A stretch of DNA of 64,000 nucleotides from Cyanobacteria bacterium P01_D01_bin.156 (GTDB lineage: Bacteria > Cyanobacteriota > Cyanobacteriia > Phormidesmidales > Phormidesmidaceae): the NCBI GenBank assembly GCA_039024555.1, contig JBCCQQ010000010.1, positions 1 to 64,000 on the forward strand, written 5' to 3'. Both the position numbers and the translations under genes were made by a program. Positions 1 to 9,731 of the stretch are shown here, one piece after another (the stretch's first letter is position 1; each line of letters starts with the position of its first letter). Under the pieces are notes generated by a model. That model did no database searches and was not told where the DNA came from. It saw only the letters and a program-made list of their open reading frames with translations.

Positions 1-504
1 CGCGCCGGAGAAGCCAACACACTGGGTAACATCGGCATTATCTATGATTTATTAGGTGACTATCCGCAAGCGCTCGATTACCAAGAACAAAGCTTAGCAC
101 TCAAACGAGAGCTGGGTGATCGCGCTGGAGAAGCCAACACACTGGGTAACATCGGCATTATCTACCGCTTATTAGGAGACTATCCCCAAGCGCTCGATTA
201 CTACGACCAAAGCTTAGCACTCAAACGAGAGCTGGGCAATCGTGCCGGAGAAGCCATAACCCTAGGCAACATCGGCATTATCTATGAGAAGTTAGGCGAC
301 TATACCCAAGCGCTCGATTACTACGACCAAAGCTTAGCACTCAAACGAGAGCTGGGCAATCGCGCCGGAGAAGCCATAACCCTGGGCAACATCGGCAATA
401 TCTATCAGTTGTTAGGTGACTATCCCCAAGCGCTCGATTACTACGACCAAAGCTTAGCACTCAAACGAGAGCTGGGCAATCGCGCCGGAGAAGCCATAAC
501 CCTG
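1..504 (+). repeat. Tandem 120-bp repeats encoding 40-aa TPR units (4 full copies plus a partial)
   Basis: Units start at 1, 121, 241, 361 and 481 with CGYGCYGGAGAAGCC. The four full units share CAAAGCTTAGCACTCAAACGAGAGCTGGG. Confidence 0.97.
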
Positions 505-2409
505 CTGAATATTGCCTCTGTTAACTACTTCCTTGATCAAAATGACCAGGCACTCTCCGGTTATCAACAAAGCTTATCCATCAAACAAGAAATTGGTGAC
601 TATACCGGTCAAGCGTTAGCCCTTTGGGGTATTTCCCTAATTTATGAACGTTCTCAGGACTATACAAAGGCAATTAGTACCTACCAACAAGCCCTAGCCA
701 TTAGTCGCGCCGTTGGCGCTCAACCCACAGAGGCTGCCCTGCTTAACCGCCTTGGCTTTGTGTTTGGTCAGCAAGAACAATCCGAACTGGCCATTATCTT
801 TTACAAAGAAGCCGTCAACATTTACGAGGAAATTCGAGCAGGCAATCGCTCGTTAGAACAAAGCCTCCAAGATTCCTATACTTCTAATATTGAATTCACC
901 TATCGTCAGCTCGCCGACCTCTTACTCCAGCAAGAACGTATTCTAGAAGCTCAGCGAGTTATGGACCTGCTCAAGGTGCAGGAACTCGATAACTATTTGC
1001 GAGGGGTGCGCAGCTCTGCCAACTCCCGCGCAGGTGCAGAACTTGTCCCTCCAGAAACGATCATCGCCACCGCCCACGCAACCTTGATTGACCGTGCCAT
1101 CACCAATGGCAAACGTCTGAATGAGCTAGAAACTAAACCCACCCTCACCGATGCAGAGCTGGATGAACTCGTAGGGCTACAGGCAGAACAACAACAAATT
1201 CTACAAGCGTTTAATACCTTCCAAGATAGCTCTCCCATTAAAGCTCAGATCGAGAAACTTAGCCCAGAAGAACGGGACCGCAATGTCAAACTCAGTGAAT
1301 TACCTGCCCTACAAGACAATCTCGGTCAAATCCCTCAGGGAGCCGTGCTCCTCTATCCCCTCATTCTAAATAACAAACTAGAGCTAATTGTCACCTCCCC
1401 CTACGCCCCACCGATTAACCGCACCGTCGATGTCTCCCTTGATCAGCTGATCGACGCCGTCGATGCCTTCCGCTACGCCCTCGACGATCCCACCCGCGAT
1501 GCCGTCACTCCAGCCCAACAACTCTACGAGTGGCTGATCGCTCCCATCGAAAACGATCTCCAGGCCGCTGGCGTCAATACTCTCATTTACGCCCCCGATC
1601 GCATCCTCCGCTACATTCCCCTCGCGGCCCTCCACGATGGCGAAAATTGGCTAGCCGAACGCTACCGCATCAACCACATCACCGCCGCCAGCCTCACCGA
1701 CCTCAATACCCCCAACCGTAACGATCCAAAAATTCTCGCCGGAGCCCTCACCGACGAGGCCGTTACCATCAACGTTGGTGATAACGCCTACAATTTTCCC
1801 TCCCTCGACCATGTGGACGACGAAGTTAACGCCATTGCGGCCCTTTCCCCCACGGCCACTTCGCTGCTAGATAGCGATTTCAACCGGGCGCTAATCGAAC
1901 GTGAGGCTAATCGCCATAATATCTTGCACCTGGCTACCCACGCTAAGTTTCTCGTTGGCCAGCCCGAAGACTCCTTTATCCTTTTTAACAATAAAGAACG
2001 CTGGACCCTAGGCGAGTTTAACCAGGGCCTGCTCAACCTCACCCGCGTCGATCTTGTTGTCCTCAGCGCCTGCGAAACCGGTGTAGACAACACCTTCGGC
2101 AACGGCGAAGAAATCCTCGGCTTCGGCCACTTGATGCAAACCGCCGGAGCTCGTGCTTCCATGGCTTCCCTCTGGGCCGTAGACGACGGCGGCACCCAGC
2201 TCCTTATGGGCGAATTCTACGAAGCTCTGATCAAAGGCAACCTTAGTAAAACCGCTGCCCTGCAACAGGCCCAGCTATCCCTAATTAACATTAACGAAAA
2301 TCGCGATCGCGGTGGCCTCGAACTCGCCGAATCTATCGGCCTTGATCCCACTGATCTATCTCACCCATACTACTGGGCACCCTTCATCCTCATCGGCAAC
2401 GGCCTATAA
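1..2409 (+). CDS. TPR-repeat CHAT-domain (caspase-like) protease, 5'-truncated by the window
   Basis: Frame 1 is open from base 1 (RAGEANTLGNIG...), so the TTG at 409 is internal. TPR repeats are followed by CHAT motifs HLATHA, VVLSACETG, SLWAVDD and HPYYWAPFILIGN. Confidence 0.93.
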   Translation, partial: RAGEANTLGNIGIIYDLLGDYPQALDYQEQSLALKRELGDRAGEANTLGNIGIIYRLLGDYPQALDYYDQSLALKRELGNRAGEAITLGNIGIIYEKLGDYTQALDYYDQSLALKRELGNRAGEAITLGNIGNIYQLLGDYPQALDYYDQSLALKRELGNRAGEAITLLNIASVNYFLDQNDQALSGYQQSLSIKQEIGDYTGQALALWGISLIYERSQDYTKAISTYQQALAISRAVGAQPTEAALLNRLGFVFGQQEQSELAIIFYKEAVNIYEEIRAGNRSLEQSLQDSYTSNIEFTYRQLADLLLQQERILEAQRVMDLLKVQELDNYLRGVRSSANSRAGAELVPPETIIATAHATLIDRAITNGKRLNELETKPTLTDAELDELVGLQAEQQQILQAFNTFQDSSPIKAQIEKLSPEERDRNVKLSELPALQDNLGQIPQGAVLLYPLILNNKLELIVTSPYAPPINRTVDVSLDQLIDAVDAFRYALDDPTRDAVTPAQQLYEWLIAPIENDLQAAGVNTLIYAPDRILRYIPLAALHDGENWLAERYRINHITAASLTDLNTPNRNDPKILAGALTDEAVTINVGDNAYNFPSLDHVDDEVNAIAALSPTATSLLDSDFNRALIEREANRHNILHLATHAKFLVGQPEDSFILFNNKERWTLGEFNQGLLNLTRVDLVVLSACETGVDNTFGNGEEILGFGHLMQTAGARASMASLWAVDDGGTQLLMGEFYEALIKGNLSKTAALQQAQLSLININENRDRGGLELAESIGLDPTDLSHPYYWAPFILIGNGL

Positions 2410-2447
2410 TTTAGCAAGAAAATTTCTGAGTAATCTTTGGACCCCAT

Positions 2448-2470
2448 AAAGTACCCTTTCGGGTACTTTC
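2448..2470. promoter_or_regulatory. Palindrome AAAGTACCC-TTTC-GGGTACTTT (candidate regulator site or RNA hairpin)
   Basis: Perfect 9-bp arms. A 19/21-identical copy lies at 44282-44302. Confidence 0.55.
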
Positions 2471-2596
2471 CGTCCTAAACTCTAGATCCTGATAATGATA
2501 ACTAGATTTATTGGGCAAAGATTTCTTAAATTTCTTAGTTACCTAAGAAATCTTCTGTCTAGTGAAAACGTATAAAACAACCAGGGTGATGGATCT

Positions 2597-2986
2597 ATGT
2601 CAGACAACAACTACTTTGATGAATCCGTAAAAGCTTATGAACAAGCGAAAGCTATTTACGAGGAATTAGACGATCTAGATGGCCAGGCATTAGCTCTTAT
2701 TTCTTTAGGGGATGCTTATCGCGCTCGCTTTGAATCTGTTTATAGAGGAACAATTTCACCACCACCACCACCACGGCCACGGCCACGGCCCGTTATCCCT
2801 AGATTAAAAGTATTGGAAGGCTTAGAGAACGCAAAGATTGCATATCGAGAAGCAATTGAGGTATACACAGATAATAATAATCGTAGCGGCGAAGCAGCCA
2901 CCCTACTCAGAATGGGCGACGTTCATCTCATTCAGTCATTTGAACACATAGATGATCCTGAAATAGTTAGTTCTGAGGAAAGCTAA
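2597..2986 (+). CDS. Small TPR-like protein with a central YRG + PPPPPRPRPRP insertion
   Basis: 129-aa ORF with TPR-like helices (YEQAKAIYEELDDLDGQALALISLGDAY; YREAIEVY...GEAATLLRMGDV) flanking a (CCA)5(CGGCCA)2CGGCCC tract. Confidence 0.75.
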   Translation: MSDNNYFDESVKAYEQAKAIYEELDDLDGQALALISLGDAYRARFESVYRGTISPPPPPRPRPRPVIPRLKVLEGLENAKIAYREAIEVYTDNNNRSGEAATLLRMGDVHLIQSFEHIDDPEIVSSEES

Positions 2987-3111
2987 CTGGATTAAAGGCA
3001 AATTATTGATTCCACCAGTTGAAAGCAGTAGACTTCTCATAGTAGGTATTAACAATGCCTACTATGAGAAATTTATTAAGCAGCTAAGAGTATACATAAG
3101 GAGATAAGGCG

Positions 3112-5769
3112 GTGTGGGCTCTTCAAGCAGTTTTTCTCTCAGGTCTTATTATCTTTAAACCTCTCTCCATTTTCTCGCTGACTAGCACTAATCCAAATTC
3201 AAAAAATAATATAGTTTCTGAACGACTATTTGCCCAAACTCATTTAAGGTCAGAGGCTGATAGTTTTCTTAATCAGGGTCTAAATGCATCTTTAAATGGA
3301 GATTATCAAAATGCCATTGACCTTTATCGACAATCAGCGATTATTTATCAAAAATTGGGTGACCAATCTACACTTGGATATGTATTAAAGCAGATAGGCT
3401 CATCTTTTTATAATTTATATGAATACGATCAGGCCCTGGAAAACTATCAGCAATCACTCATTGAAAGCACCGAAAGCAATGATGTAACTGGGATGTTAGA
3501 AACATCTTACGCAATCTGTTTGACTCATTATATTTTATCCAAATATGCAGATGCGCTTACTTTTTGTCAGAATGCAACTGAGTATTTAGAAATAGTTAAA
3601 AACCAAGGGAAACAGAATCTACAAGCATATTTGTTACACCTTACAGCAATTTTGCATACAGAGTTAGGGCAACACAATCTAGCCGATATTTTATATCAGA
3701 GAGCCTTGCAAGCGGCTAGAGAAGAGGATAACCGAGCCTCAGAAGGGAGTATTTTAAGTAATTTAGGTCTGAATACTTTACGTCAAGGGGACTATCAACA
3801 AGCTGTTACCCTATATCAACAAGCTATCGATATACATAGAGAGGTAGGCGATACTCTTGAAGAAGGTCGAACTCTAAATAAGCTGGGTGAAGGATACCAC
3901 TTGTTAGGTCAATATGAACAAGGGGTAGAAATTTTGCTTCAGGCATTAAACATTACCCAAGAACTCCAGGATTGGCGTTTTCAAGGTGTTGTTCTCGATA
4001 GTCTTGGCTCTGTCTATGCAGATCAAGGTGAATACCAAAAAGCTTTGTCAGCTTATCAAGAAGCTTTGGTTTTAAGTCGTTTAGTAAATAGTGTAGACGA
4101 CGAGAGAATTGCACTAAGTAATTTAGGCGATTTACTAGCAAAACAAGAGAACATTGACCTAGCAATCATATTCTATAAAGCAGCGGTCAATATTATTGAG
4201 GATATAAGAAGTGATATTGAGAATCTTTCACAAAATTTTCAAGAGTCTTACACTGTGGAAGTCAGTGACACCTATCGTCAGTTAGCTGACTTGTTACTAC
4301 AACAAGGTCGTATACTTGAAGCCCAGCATGTTCTAGAGCTTCTTAAAGTAGAAGAGTTAAGAGAATTCACCCGCGCAACTTATACCACGAATGGCATTGA
4401 ATATGACTCCATTGAACAACCTGTTATCAATGCTCATGGAAGTTTGATTGCCCTTGGTGCTGAAATCTATAATTGTGGTCAAAATTGTCCACAAACGCTG
4501 ATTGAACAGCAAATTGATTTGGAAGGTGCGTACACTGACCAAGTCAGAACCTTTAGAGATATTGTTCGCCGTAATCGTGGAACTGACGATGTTTTCTACG
4601 ATCCCACAACGCTAGGCACAGATGCCCTAGATTTGGTCAACGCGCAGTCCAAAACAGCCTTGATCTATCCGTTCGTAAAAGATGATGATCTCTGGTTATT
4701 ATGGGTTGCTACTGGTGGTGTCGTCGGTCGTGTCAAAGTGAACACTATTAATAATGCCGAAGACGATCTCAATCGAGCTGTATTAGAGTTTCGCCAATTA
4801 TTGAATAAGCAAGATGCAGACTCTCTAGAACAACTTAAGCAAAAAGGAAATCAGCTCTATAACTGGTTGATTACCCCCCTTGCTAAAGAATTAGAAAAAA
4901 ACGATATTCAACAGCTTATTTTTGCTCAAGACCGCACTACCCGTTACCTGCCCATGGCGGCTTTATACGATGGTGAACAATTTCTAATTGAGCGTTACAC
5001 AGTCTCAACGGTACTCTCCGCTGCCCTAACCAATACCACAGATCGCCTAGGGCCAGTGGAGTCTGCCGATACTCTGGCTCTGGGTCTTCAAAAAGATTTT
5101 CCTGGGTATCCCGCTTTGCCGAATGTGCGCGAAGAACTCGATGGTGTTGTCAAGACCGATAACAATGATCCAGGCATTTATCCTGGCCAAGTTTTTATGG
5201 ACGATGCCTTCAACTTTGATACGCTCAGTCAACAGGTCCGCCACCACCGTATTCTGCATATTGCCACCCATGCAGAGTTTGTTCCCCACGTTGCCGATGC
5301 ATCCTACATTCTTTCAGGACAGGGTGAACAACTTACCATTGCTCAGCTAGGTTCTTTAGGAACTCAGTTTAATAACCTACACCTTGTAGTTCTCTCCGCT
5401 TGCCAAACAGCCCTGGGGGGTGAAGCACTAGATGGTACCGAAATCGCTGGGGTAAGTTCCTATTTCCTAGGCAAAAACAAAGCTGAAGCTGTTATGGCCA
5501 CCCTATGGAAGGTAGATGATGAGGGCACCAGCATTCTAATGCAGCGCTTCTATGAGCTGATGGCCAGCGGCGAACTGACCAAAGCCGAAGCCTTAAAGCA
5601 TGCCCAGCTAAGTTTACTCAACAACGAAGTTAACCTAACCGAACGCTTTGACAAATTAGGCATCCAACGCGGTGGTTTAGTCAATGCCGATGCACCAGAT
5701 ACCGAATCAGTAGGTCTCAGCCATCCCTACTACTGGGCTCCATTTATTCTCATTGGCAATAGCTTGTGA
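3112..5769 (+). CDS. TPR-repeat CHAT-domain protease with hydrophobic N-terminus
   Basis: TPR array followed by HIATHA, VVLSACQT, TLWKVDD and HPYYWAPFILIGN. GTG start preceded by AAGGAG. Confidence 0.92.
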   Translation: MWALQAVFLSGLIIFKPLSIFSLTSTNPNSKNNIVSERLFAQTHLRSEADSFLNQGLNASLNGDYQNAIDLYRQSAIIYQKLGDQSTLGYVLKQIGSSFYNLYEYDQALENYQQSLIESTESNDVTGMLETSYAICLTHYILSKYADALTFCQNATEYLEIVKNQGKQNLQAYLLHLTAILHTELGQHNLADILYQRALQAAREEDNRASEGSILSNLGLNTLRQGDYQQAVTLYQQAIDIHREVGDTLEEGRTLNKLGEGYHLLGQYEQGVEILLQALNITQELQDWRFQGVVLDSLGSVYADQGEYQKALSAYQEALVLSRLVNSVDDERIALSNLGDLLAKQENIDLAIIFYKAAVNIIEDIRSDIENLSQNFQESYTVEVSDTYRQLADLLLQQGRILEAQHVLELLKVEELREFTRATYTTNGIEYDSIEQPVINAHGSLIALGAEIYNCGQNCPQTLIEQQIDLEGAYTDQVRTFRDIVRRNRGTDDVFYDPTTLGTDALDLVNAQSKTALIYPFVKDDDLWLLWVATGGVVGRVKVNTINNAEDDLNRAVLEFRQLLNKQDADSLEQLKQKGNQLYNWLITPLAKELEKNDIQQLIFAQDRTTRYLPMAALYDGEQFLIERYTVSTVLSAALTNTTDRLGPVESADTLALGLQKDFPGYPALPNVREELDGVVKTDNNDPGIYPGQVFMDDAFNFDTLSQQVRHHRILHIATHAEFVPHVADASYILSGQGEQLTIAQLGSLGTQFNNLHLVVLSACQTALGGEALDGTEIAGVSSYFLGKNKAEAVMATLWKVDDEGTSILMQRFYELMASGELTKAEALKHAQLSLLNNEVNLTERFDKLGIQRGGLVNADAPDTESVGLSHPYYWAPFILIGNSL

Positions 5770-5823
5770 GTTTTGTCAACTTCTATTTTCAGAAAAACTC
5801 ATGAAATATTTTTAAGTAGCCGT

Positions 5824-6052
5824 CGGTTGTGCCTTAGTAAAAAGTGGGATAGGTCAAAACGTCATACCCTATCCAAGGCTGTGTGATTAATCCAGCTCGC
5901 TGTGCTGCGGTATCTTTCGTCCGGCTATGTTGCCAAGCCCAGTTGAAATAGGTCACCACGAATCGAGTCGTCACCTGAGTCTGTTCCCAACACTTAGCAA
6001 ATTTGTTCTAGCGTCGATGCCATCGTCCTGTTTGTTGCCGCATTGCGTTATT
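5824..6052 (-). pseudogene. C-terminal relic of an IS1-family-like transposase with probable terminal IR
   Basis: Minus strand reads NNAMRQQTGRWHRR*NKFAKCWEQTQVTTRFVVTYFNWAWQHSRTKDTAAQRAGLITQPWIGYDVLTYPTFY*. It resembles, from memory, cyanobacterial IS1-like transposase tails. In-frame TAG at 6008-6010; CGGTTGTGC just beyond the stop. Confidence 0.7.
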
Positions 6053-6392
6053 GGGTGGTCATAGAAAGGGTAATTCGCTAGCACACTGAATCAATCCCTT
6101 ATTATGATGCCTTCCACACTTATCCAGTTCACAACCAATATTTTTTTCTTCTTCAGAGGTCATCTCTACCCTACTATTCTTATCCTTTCCTAAAATAGAC
6201 TTCCACGCTTAATAGTTTGGGCATAATCGATTGAAATGCCAACATAAGGCTTACCAGATCGTTTGCCTTCATCTGTAGCAAGGATTTATATCTGACTGTT
6301 TTCCCGAAAGGACCTAGTGTTAAGGATATTCTCTATGCTTTCAACCTATGGTTCTTTCCGCAGTGAACCATCCCATCGCGAATAGTTGAAGC

Positions 6393-7448
6393 ATGAAGTC
6401 ATCCGTTCGCTCAATCGTGTCAAATCGTCCGAATCCATGGCTAGCGGTTAACTATTCGCTAGTGTTTCCTGGGCTTGGGCAGATTTACAGTGCTTTCTGG
6501 TTAAAGGGAATTAGCCTAGTCCTGGTGGCAGTGATTATGCTCAGCTATGCTGTATGGTCTATTTTTGGGGCCAATGGTCAAACAATGCAAGGGGGTTGGA
6601 GCATTGGCGGCTTCTTTTTGGTTTACGGCTTTAGTATTTTGGATGCCTATCGTGGTACTCAACCAGGGTATGCCACTCGGATTTCGATTCCCAAAGGTAG
6701 GTCCGATCCTTGGTATGCCGTTTTTTTATCGCAGATATTACCTGGATTGGGACACTTGTATGTTCAGCAGGCTCTAGCTGGAGGATTATTTCTGATTACA
6801 GGCATTGTAGCGGCCTGGCTGGCGAACTCTATTCCACAACTTGTTCCAATTCCGCCGTTGATTTGGGCATTTAGCTGTTATCACGTGTATGTAAGTGATT
6901 CTCATGGGACAAAGCGGTATGCGATCGCACTGCTTGTTCTAAGTCTCTTTATTGTGCGACTGTCCGTAGGTTCAATACCCGGTTGGGTGCAACAGGCAGT
7001 TGAACAGTGCATTGTGCCGACCAATTCCATGACCCCCACGTTGCAAATTAACGATCGCCTGTTTGTTCGGCATAATCCAGCCTATCGCCCTAACGTTGGC
7101 GATATTGTTGTATTTACTCCACCAGAAAAAGCTTTGCAGGAGATTGATGAGAGCGCTGAAGATCTGTTGTATGTAAAGCGCGTAATTGGTTTGCCAGGGC
7201 AACAGATAGCGATTAGCGAAGGAATTGTTTATGTTAACAATAGCCCTTTGACGGAGCCTTATCTTCAAGCCAAATCTACTGATCAGTGGGGACCAGAAAT
7301 AGTGCCGGAAAACAGTTACTTCGTTTTAGGGGACAATCGCCAAGAAAGCTATGATTCTCGTGCCTGGGGATATGTGGCTGAAGCTGAGATACTGGGTGCA
7401 GCTTACAAAATTTACTGGCCCTCCGAGAGGGTTCAGCCGCTAGACTAA
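6393..7448 (+). CDS. lepB: Signal peptidase I with multi-TM N-terminal extension
   Basis: Catalytic Ser box (PTNSMTPTL), Lys box (YVKRVIGLPG) and GDNRxxSxDSR. The N-terminus has two PWxAV...PGLG membrane repeats. Confidence 0.92.
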   Translation: MKSSVRSIVSNRPNPWLAVNYSLVFPGLGQIYSAFWLKGISLVLVAVIMLSYAVWSIFGANGQTMQGGWSIGGFFLVYGFSILDAYRGTQPGYATRISIPKGRSDPWYAVFLSQILPGLGHLYVQQALAGGLFLITGIVAAWLANSIPQLVPIPPLIWAFSCYHVYVSDSHGTKRYAIALLVLSLFIVRLSVGSIPGWVQQAVEQCIVPTNSMTPTLQINDRLFVRHNPAYRPNVGDIVVFTPPEKALQEIDESAEDLLYVKRVIGLPGQQIAISEGIVYVNNSPLTEPYLQAKSTDQWGPEIVPENSYFVLGDNRQESYDSRAWGYVAEAEILGAAYKIYWPSERVQPLD

Positions 7449-7459
7449 TAATTAGCTCT

Positions 7460-8389
7460 CTAGTCTGTAGGCTTTTCGCTCACTAACCGAAAGCCAAATA
7501 AAATATGTCGTGACCCCACCGGTCGATCATGCTGGTAGGCGGCTCGACAAAAACCTGGAAAATCATCCCAGCTACAGCCCTTGAGCAAAACCTCCGCCCC
7601 GTTTCTAGTCAGCGTGCTGGTGTATTCAAACACATTGCCTGCCATATCCTCTACACCGTAGGGGCTCTGGCTTAGCGGATAGGCGCCCACTTCACTGGTG
7701 CCATAGGGGCCATTCTTAGCCCAGTTTGTACCCTCATCCTGCCATTCACTTCCCCATGGAAAATAGCGCCCATCGTCTCCCCGTGCTGCGTTCTCCCATT
7801 CCAATGCGGTCGGTAACCGGTAGCCCACACCATCCTGCGCTGCTTTCCATTCTGCGTAGGCATTGGCATCCTCGTAGGAAACTAACACTACGGGATGGTT
7901 TGCCTGCCCTGCTGGATATTGGTCACCCTGCCATAGGTAGGGCTCCACCGCACCGTAGAGATGTACTAAAAAGCCCTGCTCCTGATAGTCTGCAGCTGAA
8001 ATTCCTGGTGATCGATAGCCTGTGGCTTGTACAAAGGCTTGATAATCTGCATTGGTAGTCAAATTCTTCGCTATACAGAAAGCAGGGAGTGTTTCTGTAC
8101 GCCGCCCAGGCTCTCGCTCAAACCACTTACGCTGTCGGTAACCGGCTTCTGCAACTGCTACATCTTCAGGGGAGTTGGCAAATCCTTCTGCACTAATACG
8201 ATAGGCGTAGTCTCGTTCGGTGCGATCGCTCCCCGCAATAAACTCTCCACCCTCTACATACACAAATCCTGGTATTGCATCACAGTCTGCCTGAGTCATT
8301 ACAGTTTGGGGCACAGAACCATCACTAAGTTCTTGACAACTTGCCGCAAAGAGCAGGGTCAACAGACTTAAACTTCTGACAGTAGGCAT
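7460..8389 (-). CDS. Formylglycine-generating-enzyme (SUMF1/EgtB/PvdO) domain putative lipoprotein
   Basis: HPVVLVSYEDA, RLPTALEWENAARG, DMAGNVFE and GFRLV motifs. N-terminal LLFAASC is lipobox-like. Confidence 0.85.
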   Translation of the reverse strand: MPTVRSLSLLTLLFAASCQELSDGSVPQTVMTQADCDAIPGFVYVEGGEFIAGSDRTERDYAYRISAEGFANSPEDVAVAEAGYRQRKWFEREPGRRTETLPAFCIAKNLTTNADYQAFVQATGYRSPGISAADYQEQGFLVHLYGAVEPYLWQGDQYPAGQANHPVVLVSYEDANAYAEWKAAQDGVGYRLPTALEWENAARGDDGRYFPWGSEWQDEGTNWAKNGPYGTSEVGAYPLSQSPYGVEDMAGNVFEYTSTLTRNGAEVLLKGCSWDDFPGFCRAAYQHDRPVGSRHILFGFRLVSEKPTD

Positions 8390-8595
8390 GTAATAGGAGT
8401 GTTTCTGTTATTTAGAACAGCAACTATTATAGGCTCCGAGTCTGAGAATAAACTTAAGACTCAATCACAATCATCTACAAACCGCGCGCCAAGTAAAATA
8501 AAGGGTACGCTTTCTAGAAGAAGGTACTGAAGCTCCTTTACTTAATTGTGAGAAACCGTAATTCTAAGTCTTCCAAATAAACCCCATATACTTCC

Positions 8596-9729
8596 TTAAC
8601 TCAGAAATTCTTCTCGATGGACAGTATTATCTAATTGAATATTGACCCTAAGCTGTTGTCCCGCTTGACAGCGAAACGGGGGAATCTGAATAAAACTATC
8701 GTTGAGTCCAGCTGTAATAGACTTAAGTAATTTGCCTGTTTGAGATATTTCTAACGACAAAATAACCTGAGCGGGCAAAGTCTGCTCACTGGATGGATAT
8801 AGCTGAATTCTGATATTACGACGATTGTCAGCTTCCATATCAACACTAAACATTAGCAACAGTTCGTTGTCACTGTTGTCTAAAACAATTTTTTTGCCAC
8901 AGGTAAGAACGGCAGGGGTGGTGGCAACAGAACGAAATCGAACAGAGTTCATTTCAGCTAACAAAACGTGGGCAGGCTGCCACTCTTGACGATATATCTG
9001 GTTAAGCCAATCTTGCACACTTACAGGAGTTAGTCCGTGTCGTTGTTGATAGAACTTTTGTCGCCAATTGTCATTACTAAAGAGGCTACCCCACTGGCTA
9101 AACGGAAGCGCTAATCTGGGCTCCGGTGCAGATACTAGCTGATGAATCAAACTCTCTGCTTGTGTCGGAGAAAGCTCTGGTAATGGGTCTACGGGCATGA
9201 GGGTAGCTGCCGGTAGCTGTTGAGCTACCCAGAATGCTGAGAAGTCTTGCACTAGGCTATCTGCGTTTAGTCGATAGGTCCGGTTTGAGGGAATATATGA
9301 GCCCTGGGTCTTCAGGGTGTGATGATTGGTGTATCCCCATAAAATCAGCTGTTGTTCATCTACATTAATGTGGGCCGCTAAGTAATAATCAGTACGCCAG
9401 TTGGGCAAATCGACCCACTCTTGAGGGACTTCAATATCTGCCATGGCAATGGTTTCCGATAGGATGACGGTAAGCTTGCGTTCTCCTAGCTGCAGGCAAA
9501 GACCATCAGTGGTGTGCCATACGTCAAACAGGGCGGCATGGGGCCATGGCAAAACAGGCTGTTCAAATTCTTCTTGCAACCAAGCCATGATTGCTTTGAG
9601 ACCAATACGGTGAAGATAGATACGCCAGCGAGCAGCCGGGTCTGAGATGGAATCATAGGCTTGCCACTCTGGGAGGTCGGTGGGCATCACCAGAATTGGC
9701 TGTACGGGATTGTCCAAAAAAACACTCAT
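8596..9729 (-). CDS. DUF1822 family protein (candidate anti-sigma factor)
   Basis: VPQEWVDLPNWRTDYYLA motif and C-terminal beta domain (IQLYP...LP...FIQI...EEF). ATG at 9729 lies just downstream of the sigma gene stop. Confidence 0.8.
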   Translation of the reverse strand: MSVFLDNPVQPILVMPTDLPEWQAYDSISDPAARWRIYLHRIGLKAIMAWLQEEFEQPVLPWPHAALFDVWHTTDGLCLQLGERKLTVILSETIAMADIEVPQEWVDLPNWRTDYYLAAHINVDEQQLILWGYTNHHTLKTQGSYIPSNRTYRLNADSLVQDFSAFWVAQQLPAATLMPVDPLPELSPTQAESLIHQLVSAPEPRLALPFSQWGSLFSNDNWRQKFYQQRHGLTPVSVQDWLNQIYRQEWQPAHVLLAEMNSVRFRSVATTPAVLTCGKKIVLDNSDNELLLMFSVDMEADNRRNIRIQLYPSSEQTLPAQVILSLEISQTGKLLKSITAGLNDSFIQIPPFRCQAGQQLRVNIQLDNTVHREEFLS

Positions 9730-9731
9730 GG

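Noticed and set aside
1..504. 120-bp repeats as a CRISPR array or DGR template/variable repeat
   Set aside because: They are contiguous in-frame coding repeats without spacers, the differences are not adenine-specific, and no cas or reverse transcriptase gene is in the window.
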